Shown here: in pieces, positions 31,297 through 40,920 of the stretch | Position numbering within the stretch: position 1 is the stretch's first letter | Layout: each line of letters begins with the position of its first letter | Assembly (NCBI GenBank): GCA_963733035.1 | Contig: CAVTBU010000007.1 | Coordinates: 640,001-704,000 of the forward strand | Direction of reading: 5' to 3' | Source of the DNA: Pirellulales bacterium | GTDB lineage: Bacteria > Planctomycetota > Planctomycetia > Pirellulales > PALSA-1355 | DNA: 64,000 nt | The notes under the pieces: generated by a model | What the model was told of the DNA's origin: nothing | Seen by the model: the letters and a program-made list of their open reading frames with translations, nothing else | Databases searched by the model: none | Translations under genes and position numbers: made by a program

Positions 31297-32430
31297 ATGA
31301 ACGAGTTACGCAATCACATCCTGTTTACCGGCGGCGGCACCGCGGGGCATTTATTTCCGGGCCTGGCCGTGGCCGACTATTTGCACCGCCACGCGCCGCA
31401 GCTACGTATTTCCTTTGCAGGAACTGGCAAAAGTTTCGAGGCGCGCTACACCGAACAAGCGGGCTTCGCCTATTTGAGGCTTCCTAGCCGGCCGTTCCCA
31501 CGACGCGCGGCCGAAGCGCTGCGCTTCGTGACCGAGAATGTGGCGGGCTACTATGCGGCACGACGTCATCTGCGCGAGCAACAGGTCGGACTCGTCGTCG
31601 GGCTGGGCGGCTACGCCAGTGTGCCCGCGGCGCGAGCTGCCGCGGCGGCAGGCATCCCCTATCTATTGCTCGAGCAAAACGCCGTGCCGGGACGTGCCAC
31701 ACGGTGGCTGGCACCGGGGGCGAGCGGTGTCTGTTCCGCATTCGATGGGATTCGGCCCTATTTGAAGCACGGCTCGCGCGTTCGCGTGACGGGGAATCCG
31801 CTCCGGCGCCCTTTCCTCGAACGTGCCTTCCAACCGCGAAACCTTCCTGACCGTTTCGCCGGCAGGCGAACACTGTTGGTGATGGGGGGCAGCGGTGGCG
31901 CGCAGACATTGAACGAACAAGTTCCTCGGGCGCTTTACAAGGCTGGTGCCGTGCTGCATGGGTGGCAGGTCGTGCATCAAACCGGCCAGCGCGACGTCGG
32001 TCGGACGGCCGAACTGTATCGCAAGCTGGGCATTGCTGCGAAGGTGGCGCCATTCCTTGAGGAACTGCCGCAACTAATGCGTGAAAGCCAACTGGCAATC
32101 TGCCGCGCTGGCGGAACAACACTGGCTGAACTTGCCGCCAGTGGACTGCCGGCGATCGTACTCCCCTACCCTGCGGCCAAGGACGATCATCAGCGCAAAA
32201 ACGCCGACGTGTTCGCCGCGGCCGGCGGTTGCCGGATTCTCGACGAGCGCGACGTGCAAGGTCGTCTCGACAACCGACTCGCGCAATTGACAATCGAACT
32301 GGCAAGCGACCATCGTCAGCGCGTGCGCATGGCCCAGGCCATCGCGGCACTCGCCCGACCGCACGCGACACGTCGCGTTGCCCGCTGGATCGCGGCCTTG
32401 CTACAAGCACGACAACTGACCGCCGCATAG
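31297..32430 (+). CDS. murG: Lipid I GlcNAc transferase
   Basis: GGGTAGHLFP, GGYASVP, EQNAVPG, GNPLR, GGSGGA, RAGGTTLAE, HQRKNA. Confidence 0.95.
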   Translation: MNELRNHILFTGGGTAGHLFPGLAVADYLHRHAPQLRISFAGTGKSFEARYTEQAGFAYLRLPSRPFPRRAAEALRFVTENVAGYYAARRHLREQQVGLVVGLGGYASVPAARAAAAAGIPYLLLEQNAVPGRATRWLAPGASGVCSAFDGIRPYLKHGSRVRVTGNPLRRPFLERAFQPRNLPDRFAGRRTLLVMGGSGGAQTLNEQVPRALYKAGAVLHGWQVVHQTGQRDVGRTAELYRKLGIAAKVAPFLEELPQLMRESQLAICRAGGTTLAELAASGLPAIVLPYPAAKDDHQRKNADVFAAAGGCRILDERDVQGRLDNRLAQLTIELASDHRQRVRMAQAIAALARPHATRRVARWIAALLQARQLTAA

Positions 32431-32634
32431 TTGCAGCCAAGGAGCGGAGATTCGCAGCGCTGTCAACGAAGCCGACGTCGTTTCTGCAAGGCGCCATTGG
32501 TTTGCTGATCGCGGAGCCGCTAAAGTGGCGGCGATCCAGCACCAGCATGCTAGCATTCCTTGCATTGACATACTTCGCCCCTGGCTCGTATCATCCCGCG
32601 CGGCTTGCACACATTCGGGCTACCAGGGATGGGG

Positions 32635-34067
32635 ATGACTTCGACGAATACTTCCTGCCACGAGCGGCTGATCGGAACCCGCGCGGAAGGCCGAACGCTG
32701 AAGCTGCGCACCTGGTGGGTATTGCCGGCGCCGGCATGCGGTCGTTGGCCGACATGCTCGACGAGGCTGGATGGCACGTGAGTGGATCCGATCTGGCCGG
32801 AGAGTCACTGGTCGGCACGCCGTTTGACGTGTGGCCGACTCACGACGCGGCGCATATCGACGAATCGATCGACGTGGTCATCCACAGTGACGCGGTGCCT
32901 CGGTCGAACCCCGAGCTGAACCGTGCCCGGCAACTTGGCATACGCTTGCTGAGCTATCCGCAAATGCTGGGTTGGCTAATGCAATCGCGCCAAGGCGTTG
33001 CGGTGGCTGGCACGCACGGCAAGAGCACGACCACCGCCATGGTTGGGTCCATTCTGACGGCGTCCGGAGATGATCCGGCAGTGATCGTCGGCGCGGCGCC
33101 AATCGGAGCCACATCCGGCGGACGCTTTGGCGGCAGTCGCTGGTTGGTGGTTGAAGCCTGCGAATATCGGAGTAACTTTCATCATCTCCATCCCGAGTTG
33201 GCGGCCATCTTGAACGTAGAGGCAGATCATTTCGATTGCTTTGCCACGCAAGCGGACTTGGAACACGCTTTTTGGCAATTCGCGCGAAACGTACCGCCGG
33301 AGGGAACAATGGTGGCGCGACACGATTGCTCCGCAACCATGCGGATCGTGGCCGAATTGAGTTGCCAAGTCGAAACCTTCGGCTGCACCGCCGCGGCCAC
33401 CTGGAGGGCGAGCGAGTTGGGCGAGCGGCGAGGTTACTATTCCTTTCGCCTTCGTTATCGCGATCTGCATGTTTGTGACGTGAAATTGCCAGTGCCGGGA
33501 GTTCACAACGTAATGAACGCGGTCGCGGCTGCCGCCCTGGCGAGCCATTGCGGAGCCGACGCTCAGGCGATTCGGGCAGGCCTGGAGAGTTTCATCGGCT
33601 TGCGGCGTCGGTTGCAATTGTTGGGCGAGGTGCGGGACATCGTCCTCGTCGACGACTACGCCCACCACCCGACCGAAGTGGCGGCATCCTTGACAACCTT
33701 GCGACAGATGTATCCTGGCCGCAGGCTCGTCTGCGTGTTTCAACCGCACCAGGCATCTCGCCTGGCAAGACTGCTGGACGGGTTCGCCCGGAGTTTGCAC
33801 AATGCCGATATGGTGATCGTGACCGACGTGTTTACCGCGCGCGAATCGGCGGATGGCGGCTCGGCAGTCACATCCCGGGAATTGCGTGAACGGCTGGTGG
33901 CGGCGGGCCGAGAGGCTCTGCACCTGCCCGGCGCCGGCCTTATTCAGAACCACTTGCGGCAATCGCTCCGGCCAGGTGACGTGCTAGTGACCATGGGGGC
34001 CGGAGATATCGGAACGGTAGCGCATGAGCTTGGCAAAGGGCTTCGAACATTTCGTAAAGCAGGCTGA
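32635..34067 (+). CDS. murC: UDP-MurNAc:L-Ala ligase (start inferred at 32635 with an indel near 32706)
   Basis: HLVGIAGAGM, AGTHGKSTTT, VVEACEY, DHFD, DDYAHHPTE, FQPH, MGAGDI. Confidence 0.93.
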
Positions 34068-34902
34068 ACCGCTTGCGCCGCATACATGGTTTCACCTGGG
34101 TGGTCCGGCCGAACTTTTTGCCGAGCCCGAAACGGTGGAGGACTTGCGGGGCATCGTGCGCCGTGCCCGCGAGGAAAATACGCCGGTGCGCCTGCTGGGT
34201 GGCGGTTCGAATATTCTCGTGCGCGACGAAGGCGTGTCCGGACTCGTGATCCGGCTGTCGGCGCCCGTGTTCAATGAAATCGCGGTTTCCAACCGAACCG
34301 TCACGGTCGGTGGCGGCGCGAAACTCGGGCACGCGATTGCCACGTCGGTACGCGAAGGGCTCGCGGGACTCGAAACGCTCGTCGGCATTCCCGGCACAAT
34401 CGGTGGCGCGTTGCACGGCAACGCAGGGAGCCGAGGCGGCGACATCGGCCAATGGACCTGCCAGGCCACCGTCATGACGCGGGCCGGCGAGATCCACACC
34501 CGCTCGGGCGAGGAATTGGTATTCGCCTATCGAGAAAGCTCGCTGGATGAACTCGTGATTCTGGGAGCCAAATTCGAACTTGAACAGGAAGATCCCGAGG
34601 AACTGACCAAGCGGATGCAGAAACAGTGGATCATCAAGAAGGCCGGCCAACCGCTTGGGCATCAGAGTGCGGGTTGCATCTTCAAGAATCCCCGCGGCAT
34701 GAGTGCCGGAATGCTGATCGAACAAGCCGGTCTGAAAAATACTCGCATGGGCGGGGCTGAAGTCAGCCAGCGGCACGCGAATTTTATCGTCGCAAACGAG
34801 GGAGCTACCAGCGCGGACGTACTCCAGCTGATCGATCTGGTGCGCGAGCGGGTACAAGAGCGTCTGGGCATCACGCTCGAAACGGAAATCGAGGTTTGGT
34901 GA
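34024..34902 (+). CDS. murB: UDP-N-acetylenolpyruvoylglucosamine reductase
   Basis: GGPAE, LGGGSNILV, GIPGTIGGA, NAG, YRES, SAGCIFKNP, HANF; overlaps the murC end by 44 nt. Confidence 0.95.
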   Translation: MSLAKGFEHFVKQAEPLAPHTWFHLGGPAELFAEPETVEDLRGIVRRAREENTPVRLLGGGSNILVRDEGVSGLVIRLSAPVFNEIAVSNRTVTVGGGAKLGHAIATSVREGLAGLETLVGIPGTIGGALHGNAGSRGGDIGQWTCQATVMTRAGEIHTRSGEELVFAYRESSLDELVILGAKFELEQEDPEELTKRMQKQWIIKKAGQPLGHQSAGCIFKNPRGMSAGMLIEQAGLKNTRMGGAEVSQRHANFIVANEGATSADVLQLIDLVRERVQERLGITLETEIEVW

Positions 34903-34977
34903 AAAAAGGGGGAACCGTGCCGATTCACGTGAGAGCCGGCGTGGGTTCCTTGTTCGAGGTCAGGAGGACCTGCCAGG

Positions 34978-35922
34978 ATGATGCTCAATCAGCAGGAGCA
35001 GTTGCGCGTTGCGGTGCTTGCCGGCGGAGAATCCGCCGAGCGAATCGTGAGCCAGCGTAGTGGATTGGGGGTTGCTGCCGCACTTGTGGACGGCGGTCAT
35101 CAGGCCGCGCTCATCGATCCGGCGGAGGTGTCTCTCGACGCGGTCGATTGGTCCGCCTACGACGCATGCTTCATCGCGCTGCATGGAGGCGCCGGCGAGG
35201 ACGGACGCGTACAGGAGGAGCTCGCGCGGTTGGGCGTGCCGTTTACCGGCAGCGGACCGGAGGCTTGCCACTTGGCGATGAGTAAGCGGGCGAGCAAATT
35301 GAGGTGCCTTGGCCGCGGAGTGCCGACGCCGCCTCACGTTTTCATCGATGCGGACGATAAACTGGCTGACGTCGCTCGTCGCGTTGCGACGCTTGGCTAT
35401 CCGCTGATCCTCAAGCCGGACGATCAGGGATCCAGCGTTGGTGTGGCGATTGCCGCCGATACGGCCGATCTGCCGCGGGCGCTTGCAGAGGCGCGCACGT
35501 ATGGCGGAGCCTGCCTGGCCGAACCGTTCATTTGCGGCCGCGAGTTTACGGTGGCCATGCTCGACGATACGCCGTTGCCGCTCATTGAAATCGTCAAACC
35601 TGAGCAGTTGTTTTCCTATGACGCCAAGTACCACAGCTCACTTACGGAATACCGATTTGAGTTTTCCTTGGCCGATCCGGTGCGCCAGAGAATTGAACGT
35701 GCGGCTGTCGGCGCGGCGCGGGCCATCGGTACGCAAGGGCTCTCGCGGGTCGATCTGATGGTGGGGCAGGACGACGACGTATGGGTGCTGGAGATCAATA
35801 CGATTCCGGGAATGACCGTTCGCAGCCTGGCACCGTTGGCGGCTGGCAGGGCAGGAATCGACATGCCTGAGTTGTGCCAGTTGCTTGTGCGACGTTGCTT
35901 GGCTTCGGTGGGTGCTCTGTGA
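34978..35922 (+). CDS. ddl: D-alanine--D-alanine ligase
   Basis: GGESAER, LHGGAGEDG, KPDDQGSSVG, YDAKY, EINTIPGMT. Confidence 0.95.
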   Translation: MMLNQQEQLRVAVLAGGESAERIVSQRSGLGVAAALVDGGHQAALIDPAEVSLDAVDWSAYDACFIALHGGAGEDGRVQEELARLGVPFTGSGPEACHLAMSKRASKLRCLGRGVPTPPHVFIDADDKLADVARRVATLGYPLILKPDDQGSSVGVAIAADTADLPRALAEARTYGGACLAEPFICGREFTVAMLDDTPLPLIEIVKPEQLFSYDAKYHSSLTEYRFEFSLADPVRQRIERAAVGAARAIGTQGLSRVDLMVGQDDDVWVLEINTIPGMTVRSLAPLAAGRAGIDMPELCQLLVRRCLASVGAL

Positions 35923-36922
35923 GTGCAAAGAAACGACTCGGCGACGACAATAGTGCACCGGGCGCTCGCCGCGGACTGCGCTTGATCATCGTTGCGGCAA
36001 TTCTGGTGCTCGCTGTTGGCGGTACGTGCCTGGCCGTTTGGCATCACGTCAGTGCGCACGTCTTGGGGGGCGAGCAATATCAGGTACACTCCGAACACAT
36101 TTCCATTTCACCCACTCCGGAATGGATTCGGCCTGATGAGGGGAGCGAAAAATCCGAAGATCGCATCAAGACAGAAGTGCTGCGCGATCTGACCCGATCC
36201 GGACCGCTGTCACTCTTGGATACCGACCTGACGGTACGCTTGGCCGAGGCGTTTTCGTCGCATCCGTGGATCGCGAGGGTCGATCGGGTGAGCAAACGCT
36301 TTCCGTCCGGCGTCGAGGTATCGGTCGCCTATCGCGTGCCGGTGGCAATGGTCGAAGTCCACGACGGATCCGGCGTCTTGCCAGTCGACGAGCAAGCGGT
36401 TCTGTTGCCCACACGCGATTTTTCGGTCGATGAGGCCGAACGTTACCCGCGAATCGCCGAGATCTATTCTGCGCCGCCCGACGTCGTGGGCAAACGTTGG
36501 GGGGATGCGGCGGTGCTCGGAGGCGCGCAAATCGCCGCGGCGCTCGGTTCCGACTGGCAGCAGCTCGGGCTAGCGCGCATTGTGCCTGTCGAACGAAAGC
36601 CAGCCCGCAGCGGCTTTGAATACACTTACCGCTTGTTCACGCATTCGGGAACGACGGTCGATTGGGCGGCGCCCCGGGTACCGATCTGCCGGGCGAGATT
36701 CCGGCAGCGGAAAAGATCGCCCAACTCAAGCGGTATCTCATTCAGAAGGGTGGCACCCTCGATGGCCAGGACGGCCCTCAAGCCATTGTGATCGATCAGC
36801 AGGGCGCGCTGTTGCGAAAAGAGCGTCCGGAAGTTGCGCCCTTGCCCCCCACTTCCAACTCGCGGTTGCGGTCGGCCAGCGATCGTTCAGCCGGCGCCGA
36901 GGACGAGCTCGAACCCGACTGA
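35919..36922 (+). CDS. ftsQ: Divergent FtsQ/DivIB-like bitopic protein (indel near 36666)
   Basis: Position after ddl; one N-terminal TM; HPWIARVDRVSKRFPSGVEVSVAYRVPVAMV...VDEQAVLL resembles the POTRA/beta-domain junction. Confidence 0.65.
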
Positions 36923-36966
36923 GATGCTTTCTCATTCAAGAACCGGGTCGTCGGCAAATATTTCGC

Positions 36967-38364
36967 CTATGGGCCAACCTTCGCGATGGCCGCTACCCAG
37001 CCCCCGCTCGCCGGCGCGGCGATGCGAGCTTTTTCGTTGCCCGCCTGTGTTTGTTCGGCCCCCCAGTCGCCGGTGGAGATATTGATCCATCGCAGCTGAA
37101 ACTGCCCAGCGTGTCCCTGCAGATCGAGTGTCACATCGCCCCCATCAGGGAAGTACAACGCGTAGTCCCGGCCAGGCGAGGCTGCCAGGTACGCTTCGTT
37201 GTTGCCCCGCTCACCCAGCAAATCGAGAGTCGGCGATAGATCCCAGAGCTTGACGATCGATTCCAGCTTGCGTGCGGCCGCGATCGATGCGACTGCCGGG
37301 GGCGAAAGTCCCAGTCCAGAATCAGGACGATGAAAACGGGCAGACGCGGCCCCACCGATCACGCTTCTCCAGAATCGCTCGACGCCGTCGCGCGTGGTTC
37401 CGAATCGCCCTCCGTCAGCGCCGTACGTCTTGACGGTATTCAAGGGACGGGGATGATCGGCCACATACTGGCGAACCCATTGGAAATTGTCCCAGTGGGC
37501 CTGACCCTTTTGATGGTTGTTTTGCGAAACATCGCAAAAGTCGTATTGATCGGGATGGTCAAACGTGCGGCGATGTCGCGGCGCCCGCAAGTTCCAGTCG
37601 TCCCACATTTCGGTGACGTAGATCCGTTTGCCGCGGTCGGCGGCGTGGCGGTGAAGATAGTCTGCCCAGTACGCTCCCCAAGCTTCCTCCGCGCCCGTTT
37701 CGTTGTCCATGCAATACAGCACGTGGTCGAACTTGAGCGTGTGCTCGAGCATCTTGTCGACAAACCGCTGCTGGTATCCGAGCAACAATTCGTTGTTGCG
37801 CTGTTTGGGGGTAGTGAAGAACAGTGGCTGGCGATTGCTGCCTGGATGATCCGGATAATCGAAGGCCAACCCGGACGACTCCCGGGTGTAATTGACATTG
37901 TTCCGCGGGTTGAATGGGTGCAGCGCCCAGTTCTTGGCGAAGAAGTCAAAGCGATCCCAGACTTCGATTTGCACGATGATCTGGCGCTCTTGAGTCCAAC
38001 GCAGCATCCGGGCCAGCCGTTGCCAGTACTCATCATTCCAGCGTTCGAGATCGTATTTGCCATCGGCATTCTTGGCGTATGCGTAAACCTCAGAGCCACG
38101 GTCGGGCCGATCGCTCATCGTATTGCGAATGTAGTTGCCACCGGCTTTACGAATTGCATCGAGGTGCTCTTTGAGTTCGGGCAGTTGAAACAGATTGTCG
38201 TCGTCGCTGCCACCCAGCAACAACACCGGCTGGCCGTGATACTGCCAGTAGCGCGGGTTCTTCGCATAAGGGGTGATGCCATCGGCTGAGTCGGCCGCGT
38301 TTGCGACTGCGCAACAAGATGCACCTAGCAAAATGACAGCAAACTGAATCGACGACGCTTTCAT
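36967..38364 (-). CDS. Secreted glycoside-hydrolase-like (TIM-barrel) protein with C-terminal putative collagen-binding domain
   Basis: Signal peptide; [34 protein letters not shown]-terminal YALYFPDGG...LRWINISTG. Confidence 0.7.
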   Translation of the reverse strand: MKASSIQFAVILLGASCCAVANAADSADGITPYAKNPRYWQYHGQPVLLLGGSDDDNLFQLPELKEHLDAIRKAGGNYIRNTMSDRPDRGSEVYAYAKNADGKYDLERWNDEYWQRLARMLRWTQERQIIVQIEVWDRFDFFAKNWALHPFNPRNNVNYTRESSGLAFDYPDHPGSNRQPLFFTTPKQRNNELLLGYQQRFVDKMLEHTLKFDHVLYCMDNETGAEEAWGAYWADYLHRHAADRGKRIYVTEMWDDWNLRAPRHRRTFDHPDQYDFCDVSQNNHQKGQAHWDNFQWVRQYVADHPRPLNTVKTYGADGGRFGTTRDGVERFWRSVIGGAASARFHRPDSGLGLSPPAVASIAAARKLESIVKLWDLSPTLDLLGERGNNEAYLAASPGRDYALYFPDGGDVTLDLQGHAGQFQLRWINISTGDWGAEQTQAGNEKARIAAPASGGWVAAIAKVGP

Positions 38365-38825
38365 GGTTTGGCACCGTCTTTCGTGTCTCGCTGGTGGTTT
38401 ACACTTTCAGCCGATGCAAGCGTGAGGCAATAGTCAACAAAGCCGAGTGACCGCCAAAAGGCAATCGCCGGGGTGTTGCCAACGAGCACGTCCACGCGGA
38501 GCCGGAAGTGGCCGCAAAAGAACTCGTCCGACAAGCGAGCCATCGCGTCGCGGCCGATTCCTTCGCGGCGCCGCTCTTTGCGAACGAAAAAATGGCGCAA
38601 ATACACATACTCTGGCTCACGGCGAAAGAGCGCATAGCCAACCGCGCTCGATTTGTCCTCAAACACGACGGCCCAATATTCTCCGGCCAGCCACTGGCGC
38701 ATGCGGGCCGTTAATTCGTCGAGCGTCATGGCGTTTCGGTGACCCTCGTCACGGATGAGTTGTTCGTTCATCTCGGCGAGTGTCAGAGCGTCCTCAGCGC
38801 GAGCCAAGCGATATCGCATCGGCAT
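38361..38825 (-). CDS. GNAT family N-acetyltransferase
   Basis: [14 protein letters not shown] (motif A); [13 protein letters not shown]. Confidence 0.85.
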   Translation of the reverse strand: MPMRYRLARAEDALTLAEMNEQLIRDEGHRNAMTLDELTARMRQWLAGEYWAVVFEDKSSAVGYALFRREPEYVYLRHFFVRKERRREGIGRDAMARLSDEFFCGHFRLRVDVLVGNTPAIAFWRSLGFVDYCLTLASAESVNHQRDTKDGAKP

Positions 38826-38830
38826 CCCGA

Positions 38831-40020
38831 CTAGTTTTGGCGGTAAATGGCCGTGGCGGCGGCAATTGATGCGCCGTGGTCGAATTTGTGCTTTTGTTCG
38901 GCCAGCAACTGCTCGAGCGCCGAGAGCAACACGAATACGTTGTTGGGTCGCGATCCGTATCCCATCAAACCAATTCGCCACACCTTGCCTTTGAAGTCTC
39001 CCAGCCCACCGCCGATTTCAATGCCGAAGCGATTGAGCAGTGCTCCGCGCACGGTTGCATCGTCGACGCCAGTGGGAATCCGCACGGCATTGAGCATCGG
39101 CAATTGGTGACCTTCGGCCGCGGCATACTCCATTCCCAGTGCGGCCAGGCCTGCCTTGAGCGCCCGGTGATTGAGCATGTGGCGCGAGAAACAGGCTTCG
39201 AGGCCTTCCTCGTGAATCAATTGCAGGGCCTCGTACAGGGCGTAGGTCATATTGATGGGGGCCGTGTGATGGTAGACCCTTTCAGAACCCCAGTACTTTG
39301 CCAGCATCGTCAGGTCGAGATACCAACTCTGAACTTTCGATTTGCGCCCCAGCACAACATCCATCGCCCGCGAGTTGAACGACGCGGCGCAAGCCCCGGG
39401 GGGCAGCTCAGGCACTTTTGGGTGCCGGAGTAAATGATGTCAATATCCCAGTCGTCCACTTCCACCGGCACACCCCCCAGCGAGGTGACGGCGTCCACGA
39501 GCAGCATCGCTCCGGCATCGTGTACCAGCTTGGAAATCTCTTCGATTGGCTGCCAGGCACCGGTTGAGGTCTCGGCCATCACGATGCCGACGACTTTGGG
39601 CTTGGCTTTGGCCAGGGCGTCCTTCAGATCGGCGGGTGAAAAAACTTCGCCCCAGGGCCTGTCAACTCTGGTGACGTTGGCGCCGGCACGCGCCGCGACA
39701 TCGACCATACGTCCTCCGAATACGCCATTCACGCAAATGACCATCGAATCACCCGGCTCGATGACATTGACGACGGCCGCTTCCATGCCGGCCGAGCCTG
39801 TGCCACTGATGGCGAGCGTCATTTCATTCTTGGTGCGAAATACCCCCTGCATCATCACCCGCATCTGGTTCATCAACTCGAGATAGTACGGATCGAGATG
39901 GCCGACGGTCGGCTTGCCGATCGCCTGCAGCACGCGGGGATGAATGTCGCTGGGACCGGGGCCCATCAGAATGCGAACGGGGGGGTTGAGCACCGGGGCA
40001 GTTTTGGCGGAAGAGTTCAT
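38831..40020 (-). CDS. Alanine-glyoxylate/serine-pyruvate aminotransferase, class V (indel near 39386)
   Basis: LMGPGPS, GTGSAGME, AETSTG, VDAVTSLGG, SGTQKCLSCPPG, YHHTAP, WRIGLMG. Confidence 0.92.
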
Positions 40021-40094
40021 CGCGAGTTCCGTTGGGCAGGTTCCGTTTGGCGTGGAGTGGGGTAGCGTCGTGCAAGTCCACCGGATGAGAGCGG

Positions 40095-40682
40095 TTACTC
40101 TTGCGGCGGTTGCTCTCGCACGAGGGCACTGATTTTTTTGAACGTGGGCGTGCCAGACAGCTGGCACCATTCGAATAGGGCCGACTCGGTGGTCGTGAGC
40201 GTGGCCCCTGAAGACTCCATGCGGCGAAGTCCGGTTTCGTAGTCGATTTCGTACCGCGAACCGATCGCGTCGACGGGCACATAGACGCGGTAGCCCGCCG
40301 CCAGGAGGTCGAGCACGGTTTGTTGCACGCAGACGTGGGCTTCGATGCCGGCCACGAGCACTTTGCTCGCGCCGGACGCTTGCAGCTTGCCGAAGAACGG
40401 TTCACAGCCGGCACAACTAAACGCCGCCTTACTTGGGACTTCGCCCAAGCGGGCTGCCAGTTCGGGTACGGTTGGCCCCAGGCCTTGGGGGTATTGTTCG
40501 GTGGCCAAAACCTTGACGCCAGTCGCCTCGGCCCCGTCGAGCAGGCGGCGTAAGTTCCACAAGATGCGGTTCTGGCCACGAATGAGGGGCATCAACTTTA
40601 CCTGGACGTCGACGATCGTGAGAACCGTGTCCTCGGCCGACATCAACTCCGGGCTACGGCTGTAGGGATTCGTCGTGCTCAT
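40095..40682 (-). CDS. Isochorismatase-family hydrolase
   Basis: VDVQ, TEQYPQGLG, KAAFSC, GIEAHVCVQQT. Confidence 0.92.
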   Translation of the reverse strand: MSTTNPYSRSPELMSAEDTVLTIVDVQVKLMPLIRGQNRILWNLRRLLDGAEATGVKVLATEQYPQGLGPTVPELAARLGEVPSKAAFSCAGCEPFFGKLQASGASKVLVAGIEAHVCVQQTVLDLLAAGYRVYVPVDAIGSRYEIDYETGLRRMESSGATLTTTESALFEWCQLSGTPTFKKISALVREQPPQE

Positions 40683-40920
40683 GGCGTTTGAGCATAGCGG
40701 AAAACGACGTGGGGGACTATTGGCCCGGTGCGCGTTGTCGCACAGAGTTTCCGGTCGGGAATTCGTCCCCCAGGCCGGCCATCAACATATGCACAAACTC
40801 CGATAAATCTGCTTGCAAGTTCTTAATATGCTTGGGATAATCACGTGCAGCCGCGAAGGACCCCGCGGCTCCCCGCGAACCTCCCTCCCGAATTGCACCC
40901 CTACCTCGAGGAGATGCATC

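Noticed and set aside
28254..36922. Pseudogenisation of murF, mraY, murC and ftsQ (loss of peptidoglycan)
   Set aside because: Catalytic motifs are intact and there are no accumulated nonsense codons. The same GCGC-linked indels hit clpX and unrelated genes, so sequencing error is more likely.
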